A stretch of DNA of 64,000 nt from Ignavibacteriota bacterium (GTDB lineage Bacteria > Bacteroidota > Ignavibacteria > Ignavibacteriales > Melioribacteraceae): NCBI GenBank assembly GCA_002698995.1, contig PAAX01000001.1, positions 1,422 to 65,421 of the forward strand, in the 5' to 3' direction. Of this stretch, positions 51,071 to 59,915 are shown in pieces (the stretch's first letter is position 1; the number at the start of each line of letters is the position of its first letter). The translations under genes and the position numbers were made by a program. The notes beneath the pieces are model-generated. The model was not told the DNA's origin. It searched no databases and saw nothing but the letters and a program-made list of their open reading frames with translations.

Positions 51071-52921
51071 ATGGCAAATGCAGATCCACATATTCTTGTA
51101 AGAGAATTTGATGAAGAATATCTTCAGCGCGAACTGCTGAATTCGAAGTTCAGAAATTTTGCTAAAGAAAAGTTTCTGAATTTAATTCAGTTTGATGTTG
51201 ATTATATTGATTTTCTTCGGAGAATTTCGATCCAAGAAGCATTTAAACTTCCAATTGAGTTAAATGATTATCAAATAAGAATTGATACGGCTCCATTATT
51301 TTGGCTTTCCGACGCCAATATTTTGGAAAAAGCCGAAGAACTTTTTTTGAATAAAAACAAACGTGTATCAATTGTAAGTGATTATAGTGAAATCAAAAAA
51401 TTCTATTCAAAATGGATCACTCAAAAATCTGAAAAAGAAAAACAGTTTTTTGCCCTTTCCACAATTAATCTAATTGAACGAAACTCTAATGATCTTAATT
51501 TTTTGAAGCATATACTTGCGGCGGTTGTATTTTCATTTGATAAAAGAATTTATGCACCGGATAAGTCAATTGAATTATTAACCAAGAGTGAAGAGAAAAT
51601 TGAAAAATCAAAACTTACCGATGAACTGAAAAATGAATTTTCTTATTTGACAAATCTCTATAAGGGATTTGTAAATTTAAGATCTGAGAGAATAGAAGAA
51701 GCAGCACAAAATTTTGATTTTGCACAGACATTTAAGAACAACGGCGTTTCGGCTAAACTTTATAAGGCAATTACTGAAAATAGATTTAGCAATTATGAAA
51801 ATGCAGTTCAACTGATAAGTGAAATTATTGATTACGATAAAAACAGATTAAACTTTGCGATTGAAAATAATCATCTGCCATTATATAAATACTTTTTAGA
51901 ATCTGCCGCCATCTATAATGTATTTACCGAGTATGAATTTTCATCACTTTATTATGAACTTGAGAATCTTTTTACAGCAGCATTCTTTGGAGAAGATAAA
52001 AAGATTCTTGAACTCAACTTGATGCTGGATAGGTTAAGTGAATTAAAAATTAATGATTACCTCAATGATCAGATTAATAAGAAACGACTCTTCTTGGGAG
52101 AATTCATTAAAAATTACGGTGAGAATAAAAATATTTTAATCACAGATTCATCCTTAAAATTAATAGAGAAATTTGAATCAATAATTGAAGATGTCAAAGA
52201 ATCAATTACTAAAAAGTTTTATGAAGGTGTAGCAGAAGAAATTCGAGTCTTCGATTATACAATGCAGGAAAATCTAAGATCGATTGAATATCTTAAAAAG
52301 GAAAAGGAAGAAGTTAAATCGAAAGTTGGAACCAGGTATAATTTGGCAATTAAAAATCTGGAAGAAAATTATACCGAGACTTTAAAAATACTTGAATATA
52401 AAGTAGAAGGAATTGATTCCAACAAAAATTTAGATCCCTCAAATGCATTTAATAATGCAATGATTTACAATCTGATTATCTCCATGTTAGTATTTATTTT
52501 CGGTGGATTTGCAGGTGCTTTTATTGATAACGGCGGAAGCATGGACGGATTTGCAGCTTTCTTTAGTCAAACTATGCTTTCAGGTTTAAAGTGGGGCGGA
52601 ATTGCTTTTGTTCTTGGCTCAATGATTTCAATCTTTTCTACTGTTTCTGCAGTTTGGGAAAGAGCAAATGAAAAGCAGAGAATTTTAAGACAGATAGCTT
52701 ACTTGAAAAATCAAAAGGAAAGAGAAGTAGATGCATTAAGAAAAGAATCCGATCAGAAAATAGCTTCTTTAATGGAAACTTATGAAGAAAGAATGGAAGA
52801 TTATTTAGAAGCCAATAAATCACTTCAGGAAGATAAAACTAAAAAGTATCAAGAATATAAATTAGAAGCCGATCAGAAAATTGAAAAACTTCATAATAAA
52901 TTAAACGAGATTTTACACTAA
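51071..52921 (+). CDS. Hypothetical protein with two or three TM helices and coiled-coil flanks
   Basis: 616-aa ORF. Hydrophobic stretch at about aa 455-530. No catalytic motif recognised. Confidence 0.6.
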   Translation: MANADPHILVREFDEEYLQRELLNSKFRNFAKEKFLNLIQFDVDYIDFLRRISIQEAFKLPIELNDYQIRIDTAPLFWLSDANILEKAEELFLNKNKRVSIVSDYSEIKKFYSKWITQKSEKEKQFFALSTINLIERNSNDLNFLKHILAAVVFSFDKRIYAPDKSIELLTKSEEKIEKSKLTDELKNEFSYLTNLYKGFVNLRSERIEEAAQNFDFAQTFKNNGVSAKLYKAITENRFSNYENAVQLISEIIDYDKNRLNFAIENNHLPLYKYFLESAAIYNVFTEYEFSSLYYELENLFTAAFFGEDKKILELNLMLDRLSELKINDYLNDQINKKRLFLGEFIKNYGENKNILITDSSLKLIEKFESIIEDVKESITKKFYEGVAEEIRVFDYTMQENLRSIEYLKKEKEEVKSKVGTRYNLAIKNLEENYTETLKILEYKVEGIDSNKNLDPSNAFNNAMIYNLIISMLVFIFGGFAGAFIDNGGSMDGFAAFFSQTMLSGLKWGGIAFVLGSMISIFSTVSAVWERANEKQRILRQIAYLKNQKEREVDALRKESDQKIASLMETYEERMEDYLEANKSLQEDKTKKYQEYKLEADQKIEKLHNKLNEILH

Positions 52922-52934
52922 TAATATTTTTCCT

Positions 52935-53347
52935 ATGTCATTCCAGCCAAAGTGTCTGCCATGCCGCAGGCAATCCGGAATCTCAAAAACAGTATTTCAA
53001 GCAATCTAACTCAAAAAAGCTACGAGGTTTTGTCCAATGGACTCCCTTCTGGAAAAAACTTCGGAGGTTTGCAGTAATATGTAGGGGACAAAATCCGCCT
53101 CGGCGGATCGTCCCCCACAACTGATTAATACTAATTCGATGTAAAATATTGTAGGGACAACTCATGAGTTGTCCCTACTTAAATTCCAGCACACTTATAT
53201 TCTAATTTGTCCATGATTACTGTTAAATCAATAATTTCAAAAACCTCAGAAGTTTGTATGTCAACCATCAGCTCTGATAAAATTAAAAAGTGAGCATAAT
53301 ACCTAAAATCATAATCGTAGAGTCGTTGCGTGCAACGACTTTCCTAC
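52935..53347. repeat. Cluster of heterogeneous short palindromic (REP-like) modules
   Basis: GTCATTCC...GGAATC module carrying a nested insert (52937-52985). Nested hairpin GTAGGGGAC/ATCCGCC-tc-GGCGGAT/GTCCCCCAC (53081-53118). Perfect 28-nt palindrome GTAGGGACAACTCATGAGTTGTCCCTAC (53151-53178). Degenerate GTAGAGTCGTTGC-g-TGCAACGACT (53317-53347). Confidence 0.85.
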
Positions 53348-53419
53348 TCCATAATTAATGGAATTTTTTCTATTAATAATTTTAGCTAGTTTTATATTAA
53401 TTGATTTACGAGACTAGCT

Positions 53420-53863
53420 ATGACATTTCGCAAATATCTTATCTTAATACTTTTATTTACCATTTTATTTTCTTGTACAGATGAAAAAGGGGACAAAAAT
53501 ATTGTCGGTCCATGTATTCATGAATATAAAGAAGCGGTTTTTCACGTTACGTCTGTAAGAGATACAGTTAATGATTCTTTTATAAATTTTGTGAAAATAA
53601 AAAATCTCAAAATTGATGGAGTTGTTCAAAACAACTTTTGGATTACCGGAAATTCTTATTCAATAGCTGTAAGTGATTCTGTTATTTATTGCAATGTCCC
53701 ATTTGGATTTGGATATATGAACGGAACTTATGAATTCACATTAGAAGCTCCGGGTTATGCACCCAAAAATTTTGTAATTACAGATGTTGAATATTCAATC
53801 AACGAAGGGGGCTGTCCATCATACAGTAACGGCGGTAAAAGAGTTCAGTTAGTAATTAATTGA
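53420..53863 (+). CDS. Small lipoprotein, function unknown
   Basis: Signal peptide with lipobox LFSC. 147 aa. Confidence 0.6.
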   Translation: MTFRKYLILILLFTILFSCTDEKGDKNIVGPCIHEYKEAVFHVTSVRDTVNDSFINFVKIKNLKIDGVVQNNFWITGNSYSIAVSDSVIYCNVPFGFGYMNGTYEFTLEAPGYAPKNFVITDVEYSINEGGCPSYSNGGKRVQLVIN

Positions 53864-54137
53864 AATTTTAGTCGAACTTCTAAAATGAAGAAGTTAATCT
53901 TAGCTTGTCTAAAGGTATTTAGTTTTAACCATTAGCTAAAGTACACACACATTTCTAAAAAGAAATATAATTCCATCTTCAATATTATTAAACCAATCTT
54001 TAGAAATTCCTTTCATTATTCACCATTTTCAAGTAAATTTGAATCGTTGAAACAAACTTTAAAAGAATTTAGAGCTGTTATGTTCGATGTGCTCTAAAAT
54101 AAAACCTCAATAAACTACAAACTAATAAGGAGGCGCC

Positions 54138-54617
54138 ATGCCTGAAGATAATCGTATTGCTATCCAAATACCGGAAGCAGATGTTACCGAAATTAATGCC
54201 GCAATTGAAACACTTAAAACAAAATTGCAGCCTTATCTTATTGCTCTAACCCCTGAAGATAGAAAGATGCTCCCCAAAATGAGTGATAAAACAATTCCTT
54301 TTGTTGATAAAGCTTTAGATTATGCTCAAAATTCTCCTCAATTTGCACCGCAGTATATGAATGTACCTGAAATGAAAATTGATCTTGATGCATTAAATAC
54401 ATTAACCGAATTTTATCGTCCTTTAGAGCAGATTATTTCAGGATTTGATGATACTATGATGCTTAGCGGAAGTGAAGCTTATATTGCCGCTCTTTCGTAT
54501 TATAATTCAGTTAAAATGGCTGCTAAAATGAATGTTCCTGCAGCAAAACCTATTTATGATGATCTTAAAGAAAGATTTAATAGAAAATCCAAAACCGCAG
54601 TTTCACCGGATTCATAA
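54138..54617 (+). CDS. Hypothetical protein
   Basis: SD-like AAGGAGG 7 nt upstream of the ATG. 159 aa, helical, no motif recognised. Confidence 0.65.
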   Translation: MPEDNRIAIQIPEADVTEINAAIETLKTKLQPYLIALTPEDRKMLPKMSDKTIPFVDKALDYAQNSPQFAPQYMNVPEMKIDLDALNTLTEFYRPLEQIISGFDDTMMLSGSEAYIAALSYYNSVKMAAKMNVPAAKPIYDDLKERFNRKSKTAVSPDS

Positions 54618-54660
54618 TTAAGTGATTTATTTCTGTTACATCTAAACTTCTTTTAGTTTA

Positions 54661-55035
54661 AAAACCTCCGAGGTTTATTCCCGAAGGGAGTCCTTTGGAC
54701 AAAACCTCGGAGGTTTGCAGATTGTAGGGACAACTCATGAGTTGTCCCTACAGTAATAGCAGTACAATCAATTTTGGAAATCAATAATTGAAAAAACTAT
54801 TCAAAGGCTGTCACGGTCGCACCGTGACAGAGCAAGGAACAGTTCTAAAGTGAAATACCGATTCCGTCATGGTACGACCATGACGGCCATGGAAATGACT
54901 CATGTCATTCCGGCCGAAGTGCCGGAATCTTAAATGATAATATTGAATAGATTTCCAATAACGTAGGGACAACTCATGAGTTGTCCCTACAGTAATAGCA
55001 GTTCAATCAATTTTGGAAATCATTTAATGAAAAAA
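54661..55035. repeat. Cluster of palindromic modules including a ~75-bp internal direct repeat
   Basis: AAACCTCNGAGGTTT at 54662-54676 and 54702-54716. The 28-nt palindrome at 54724-54751 and 54963-54990, each followed by the same AGTAATAGCAGTnCAATCAATTTTGGAAATCA tail. CTGTCACGGT-cgc-ACCGTGACAG at 54808-54830. CCGTCATGGT-acg-ACCATGACGG at 54864-54886. ATTCCGGC-cgaagt-GCCGGAAT at 54907-54928. Confidence 0.9.
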
Positions 55036-55134
55036 CTACTATTGATTATTTTCTTGTGTTAATACTTGTTTAATTCAGAGAAAATAAAACCCAACGAATT
55101 ATCTCAATAATCAACAGTGCATTATAACCCCATC

Positions 55135-55344
55135 ATAAAGAATCTAATTTTATTCAAAAAGAATCAAAAGCGATTAAAAAAGAGTCGGCATTGATATAAA
55201 AAGAATCAAAGCTGAGTAAAAAAGAGTCAATGTTGATATAAAAAGAATCAAAATTGATTATAAATGAGACAAATTTGGGACAAAAAGAATCAAGCTTGAT
55301 TAAAAAAGAATCAACGTTGACTAAAAAAGAATCTAAATTGATTC
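55135..55344. repeat. Tandem array of 21-bp units, consensus AAAAAGAATCAAnnnTTGATTA (9 in-phase units plus one degenerate leading unit)
   Basis: Units start at 55156, 55177, 55198, 55219, 55240, 55261 (degenerate), 55282, 55303 and 55324. Each has an internal dyad, for example AATCAAGCTTGATT, TCAACGTTGA and GAATCtaaatTGATTC. Stop codons occur in all three plus-strand frames. Confidence 0.9.
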
Positions 55345-55436
55345 TTTTAAGTGGGAGGGGGTACTTCCGAAGTGGGGTGGGGTACTTCTTTAAAGCAGAT
55401 TTTAGACTTTTAGAAACTAGACATAAGATTCTGTAT

Positions 55437-55768
55437 AAAACCTCGGAGGTTTGCAGTACAATATATAGGGGACGAATCCGCCGCAGCGGATCGTCCCCTA
55501 CAACTGATAATATTGAATAGATATTAAATGTTGTAGGGACAAGTCGCGACTTGTCCCTACTTTATTTACATTAAAAGGCTGTCACGGTTGCACCGTGATA
55601 GAGCAAGTATCAGTTCTCATGTGAAATAAAGATTCCGTCATGGTACGACCATGACGGCAATGGAATGGAAATAATTATCAATATTGTAGAGCCGTTGCAT
55701 GCAACGGCTCTACAGCATCTGAAAACCTCCGAGGTTTAGAAAACCTCGGAGGTTTGCTTGAAGCAAGC
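55437..55768. repeat. Cluster of palindromic modules upstream of the type IIG gene
   Basis: AAACCTCGGAGGTTT at 55438-55452. TAGGGGACGAATCCGC-cgca-GCGGATCGTCCCCTA at 55466-55500. GTAGGGACAAGTCGCGACTTGTCCCTAC at 55533-55560. CTGTCACGGT-tgc-ACCGTGATAG at 55579-55601. CCGTCATGGT-acg-ACCATGACGG at 55635-55657. GTAGAGCCGTTGCATGCAACGGCTCTAC at 55686-55713. AAACCTCnGAGGTTT at 55723-55737 and 55741-55755. Confidence 0.9.
55574..55757 (+). repeat. Left copy of the ~180-bp direct repeat flanking the type IIG/DUF559 cassette
   Basis: Aligns with 60301-60479 at roughly 90% identity by eye (about 14 mismatches plus one 5-nt indel). Confidence 0.85.
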
Positions 55769-55887
55769 TTGAATCTCAAAAGTAAATAATAAAGGAATCT
55801 AACATTGCAAACAACATTTTTACTTTTAACTCAATTCTATTATTTTAGTCTTCAATAATTGCTACTAATTGAACGACGGATACCTTA

Positions 55888-58800
55888 GTGATTCTTAAAA
55901 AACTTACACCAAAAGCTGCATTAAACAAAGCTTATCAAAAAATAAAACCTCTCCGAAACGAATTTGAAAATTTCAAAACAGAACTCAACATTTTTATTAA
56001 TTCAATTAATGTTGATGAATCGGAAGAATACAATAAAAAGCTTATTGCTAATTTTTTTGAGAAAACATTTTATTCGGAAAATAATGTTAATACTAAGGGG
56101 AGAACCGATTTAGCTATATATCTTGGTAAATCTGCTAAAGATAAAGTTGGGGTTATTACCGAAGTTAAACATCCTAATAATTCAAGCGAAATGGTTAAAC
56201 AGAATAACCTAAATACAAAAGCGATGCATGAGGTTATCCGTTATTATCTTAATGAAAGAATTGATGAAAAAAATGACGAATTAAAATCTATTGTAATTAC
56301 CAACCTTTATGAATGGTTTATTTTTGATGCTCAAACTTTTGAGAGAATTTTCTTTAAGGATACTGAGCTTAAAAAAGATTACTTAAGCTGGAAAAACAAT
56401 AAAAAAGTAAGCAGCAATACAGATCATTTTTATAATGAAATTGCAAAACCTTTTCTGGAAAAATTAAAGACTGAAATTGAGTTTGTGCATTTTAATCTGA
56501 GTGATTATGATTTTAAGGAGGAGAAGAAACTTATACCTCTCTTTAAAATTTTTTCTAAACCGCATTTAATTAAAGAAACATTTGCCAACGACAGCAACAC
56601 ATTAAACAAACCTTTTTATCAAGAACTGCTTCATATAATTGGATTGGAAGAAGTAAAAGAGGGGAGTAAAAAGATTATCCGCCGTAAAGATGAAACGCAG
56701 CGTTATTCCGGTTCCCTTCTCGAAAATACAATCACAATTCTTAAATCAAAAGATTCCGATCTTTACTTTAACGATAAGGAAAAATACGGCACAACAAGGG
56801 ATGAACAGCTTTTTAATATTGCTCTTGAACTAAACATAACATGGATTAACAGAATTCTATTTCTAAAACTGCTTGAGGCTCAATTAGTAAATTATAATAA
56901 AGGGGATAAATCACATAAGTTCTTAGATTCTTCCCTCATTAAAGATTTTGATATTCTGAGAGAATTATTTCATGAAGTATTGGCAGTTAAAGAAGATGAA
57001 AGAAGTAAGGATATTCTTCCTCAGTTTAATAATGTCCCTTATCTAAACAGTTCACTTTTTGATATAAGCACGCTTGAACGAAAAACAATTGATATAAGCG
57101 GATTAAAAGACCGTTACAAAATTCCCTATTACAGCGGAACCGTTCTAAAAGGGAGTGATTCAAAAAGATTAAATGGTGAGATTTCCACTCTTAAATATCT
57201 TCTCGATTTTTTGGATGCTTACGATTTTTCAACCGAAAGTACCGGTGATGATATTCAAGAAGAAAATAAATCACTTATTAATGCTTCTGTTTTAGGAAGA
57301 ATATTCGAAAAAATTAATGGTTACAAAGAAGGCTCTATTTTTACTCCCGGATTTATTACAATGTATATGAGCCGCGAAACTATACGCCGTGCGGTTGTTC
57401 AAAAGTTTAATGATCATTTAAAAACCTCTTACAAAGACTTTAACGATCTTAAAAAAGAAATTGATATTGATGCCGAAGGGAGAAAAAAAGCAAACCATAT
57501 AATAAACTCATTAAAAATATGCGATCCGGCTGTGGGCTCAGGGCATTTTCTGGTTTCTGCTCTTAATGAAATTATTGCGGTAAAATCCGAATTGAAAGTT
57601 TTAAGCTACCGCGATGGAAGCAGAATACAGCAGTATAAGGTTGAGATTGAGAACGATGAGCTTATTGTTACCAACGTTGAAACCGATGAAATTTTTGATT
57701 ATCACCTTAGCGATAAAGGGAATATTATAGACGAACTTCAAAAAGTGCAGGAAGCTCTTTTTCATGAAAAGGAAACCATAATTGAAAACTGCTTATTTGG
57801 TGTTGATATAAATCCTAACTCGGTTAATATATGCAGACTAAGGCTTTGGATTGAGCTTCTTAAAAATGCTTACTATGACCTCACCCCCAGCCCCTCTCCT
57901 AAATTAGGAGAGGGGAGGGTGAGGTCCTTACAGACTTTGCCCAATATTGATATTAATATTAAACAGGGTAATTCTTTAATAAGCAGATTTGCTCTTGATG
58001 TTGATCTTAAAAAGGCTCTTAAAACTTTTAGATATACTATTGATGATTATAAAAATTTTGTTGCGGGTTATCGTAATGCTAAAACTAAAGAGGAGAAGAG
58101 AAACTTTGCCAGGTTTATTGAGGATATTAAAAAGAATTTTAGAACAGAAATTAATGCTAATGATCCCAGACGTAAAAAGCTTAATGATCTAAGCTACGAG
58201 CTCCATACTAAATTTGAATCCGATAGACTTATTGAAGTTGAACTTTCCGAAGCAGATAAAAAGAAAACGGCTAAGGAAAAAGAAAAACTTGTTAAACAAA
58301 TTGATAAGTTATCGGATGAACTTAAATCCGAAGAGACAGGAGAAATTTATAGAAATGCTTTTGAATGGCGTTTCGAATTTCCGGAAGTGCTTGACGATGA
58401 TGGGAATTTTATCGGCTTCGATGTTGTGATTGGAAATCCGCCGTATATAAGATTTCAAGAAATCAATGATATAAATAAAATCCTATCAAACTATTTTCGT
58501 GAGCAATATATGGTTGCAAATAAAGGAAATTATGATATTTATGTTATTTTTATTGAAAAAAGCATGCAACTAATTCGATCAAATGGGTTTGTAGATTTTA
58601 TAGTTCCTAATAAATTCATGAATGCAAATTATGGTGAAAGTTTAAGAAATATGATTACTTCAAGTCAATCACTTTCAAGAATTGTAGATTTTGGAGAGCT
58701 TCAAGTATTTGATGAAGCTACAATTTACACATGTTTACTAAGACTCAGTAAGAATTGTAGAACATTTAATTATCTGAGAATCGCAAGTATTAAAGATTTA

Positions 58801-59730
58801 AGGCATAGTTTACCTCTTAAATATGAAAAAAGAGAGACAATAAAACTTATTAATAAAGAGTGGAATATTAATAAATTAGAATTAGATGCCCTTTTTATTA
58901 AAATGCAAAATGGTACCATTCCACTTAAAGAGATTACTAAAATTTTTGTTGGAATACAGACAAGTGCTGATCCAGTTTATATTGTAAGGTCAAATAAAGG
59001 AAAGTTCTATTCGAAGTCTCTGAATAATTATTGTCAACTAAATAATGAAATTTTAAGACCAGTATTAAAGGGTAGTGATATTAAAAGATTCTTTTTTAAT
59101 GAAACTACTCAATTTGTCATTATGCCTTATATAGTTGAAAATAATGAAGTAAGCTTAATGCAAGAAAAAGATTTTAATAAAAATTATACAGCCACATTCG
59201 AATATTTAGGACAGAATAAGAGTAAACTTCTGAAAAGAGCAGAAGTTGATATCAATTGTTGGTGGCATTATCCATTTCCTAAAAATATTAAAGAGATGTT
59301 TCAACCAAAAATTATTACTGGAGTTTTAGCAAATAAAGCATCTTTTAATTTTGATTCTGATGGAAAATACACTTTTGTTGGTGGCGGTAATGCTGGTGGT
59401 TATGGGTTAATTTTAATAGATACTTCTTTTAGTTACAAATATCTTGTAGGTTTATTGAATTCTCAGCTTATAGATTTATTCATAAAATCTGGTTCAACAA
59501 AGTTTAGAGGCGGGTATTATTCATATGCAAAAAGGTTTATTGAAAACACTCCGATTAAAAAACCAACCCAAAAACAAGAATCCCAAATCACCGGAATAGT
59601 AGAAAAAATAATAGAGAAGAAGAAAGAGAATCCGGAAGCAGATACAAAGGCAGAAGAGAAGGAAATAGATAGATTGGTTTATGAGTTGTATGGGTTAACG
59701 GAGGAGGAGATAAAGATTGTGGAAGGGTGA
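55888..59730 (+). CDS. Type IIG (Eco57I/MmeI-like) bifunctional restriction endonuclease / N6-adenine methyltransferase
   Basis: N-terminal PD-ExK (GRTDLAIY...VITEVKHP). Motif I CDPAVGSGHFLV and motif IV VIGNPPYI. TaqI-C-like specificity region (IFVGIQTSADPVY, LVGLLNSQLIDLF). Typical tail LVYELYGLTEEEIKIVEG. GTG start taken from the ORF track, so the start is uncertain. Confidence 0.88.
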   Translation: MILKKLTPKAALNKAYQKIKPLRNEFENFKTELNIFINSINVDESEEYNKKLIANFFEKTFYSENNVNTKGRTDLAIYLGKSAKDKVGVITEVKHPNNSSEMVKQNNLNTKAMHEVIRYYLNERIDEKNDELKSIVITNLYEWFIFDAQTFERIFFKDTELKKDYLSWKNNKKVSSNTDHFYNEIAKPFLEKLKTEIEFVHFNLSDYDFKEEKKLIPLFKIFSKPHLIKETFANDSNTLNKPFYQELLHIIGLEEVKEGSKKIIRRKDETQRYSGSLLENTITILKSKDSDLYFNDKEKYGTTRDEQLFNIALELNITWINRILFLKLLEAQLVNYNKGDKSHKFLDSSLIKDFDILRELFHEVLAVKEDERSKDILPQFNNVPYLNSSLFDISTLERKTIDISGLKDRYKIPYYSGTVLKGSDSKRLNGEISTLKYLLDFLDAYDFSTESTGDDIQEENKSLINASVLGRIFEKINGYKEGSIFTPGFITMYMSRETIRRAVVQKFNDHLKTSYKDFNDLKKEIDIDAEGRKKANHIINSLKICDPAVGSGHFLVSALNEIIAVKSELKVLSYRDGSRIQQYKVEIENDELIVTNVETDEIFDYHLSDKGNIIDELQKVQEALFHEKETIIENCLFGVDINPNSVNICRLRLWIELLKNAYYDLTPSPSPKLGEGRVRSLQTLPNIDINIKQGNSLISRFALDVDLKKALKTFRYTIDDYKNFVAGYRNAKTKEEKRNFARFIEDIKKNFRTEINANDPRRKKLNDLSYELHTKFESDRLIEVELSEADKKKTAKEKEKLVKQIDKLSDELKSEETGEIYRNAFEWRFEFPEVLDDDGNFIGFDVVIGNPPYIRFQEINDINKILSNYFREQYMVANKGNYDIYVIFIEKSMQLIRSNGFVDFIVPNKFMNANYGESLRNMITSSQSLSRIVDFGELQVFDEATIYTCLLRLSKNCRTFNYLRIASIKDLRHSLPLKYEKRETIKLINKEWNINKLELDALFIKMQNGTIPLKEITKIFVGIQTSADPVYIVRSNKGKFYSKSLNNYCQLNNEILRPVLKGSDIKRFFFNETTQFVIMPYIVENNEVSLMQEKDFNKNYTATFEYLGQNKSKLLKRAEVDINCWWHYPFPKNIKEMFQPKIITGVLANKASFNFDSDGKYTFVGGGNAGGYGLILIDTSFSYKYLVGLLNSQLIDLFIKSGSTKFRGGYYSYAKRFIENTPIKKPTQKQESQITGIVEKIIEKKKENPEADTKAEEKEIDRLVYELYGLTEEEIKIVEG
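57877..57926. mobile_element. 50-nt GC-rich palindromic mini-element inserted in frame in the type IIG gene
   Basis: GACCTCACCC-ccag-CCCCTCTCCTAA-a-TTAGGAGAGGGG-a-GGGTGAGGTC. About 62% G+C by my count. It encodes DLTPSPSPKLGEGRVRS. The same termini occur in the intergenic copy at 59729-59868. Confidence 0.75.
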
Positions 59731-59868
59731 CCTCTCCCTAAATCCCTCTCCTAAAATTAGGAGAGGGACTTTTAAAATTTGGATTGACTTTTGGGAATTT
59801 GATAGATTTTTTTATTGTAATCCATCTCCACCCCTCTCCGTGTAAGGAGAGGGGCCGGGGGTGAGGTC
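59729..59868. mobile_element. ~140-nt MITE-like element with terminal inverted repeats related to the in-gene mini-element
   Basis: Left end GACCTCTCCCTAAATCCCTCTCCTAA. The reverse complement of the right end is GACCTCACCCCCGGCCCCTCTCC. Internal hairpins at 59744-59767 and 59831-59854. Its first two bases are the GA of the type IIG TGA stop codon. Confidence 0.6.
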
Positions 59869-59915
59869 GAGAAGACGCAGAGTTAAAACAAACACTAAAA
59901 CAAACACAAACACCA

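Noticed and set aside
52983-53165. 60-aa minus-strand ORF (MSCPYNILHR...)
   Set aside because: It lies entirely within palindromic repeat modules, and its sequence is simply the translation of hairpin arms.
55254-55520. 88-aa ORF (MIINETNLGQKESSLIKKESTLTKKESKL...) in the ORF track
   Set aside because: It is read through the 21-bp tandem array and then through palindromic repeat modules. Upstream units of the same array carry stops in every frame and there is no ribosome-binding site. I treat it as a repeat-derived artefact.
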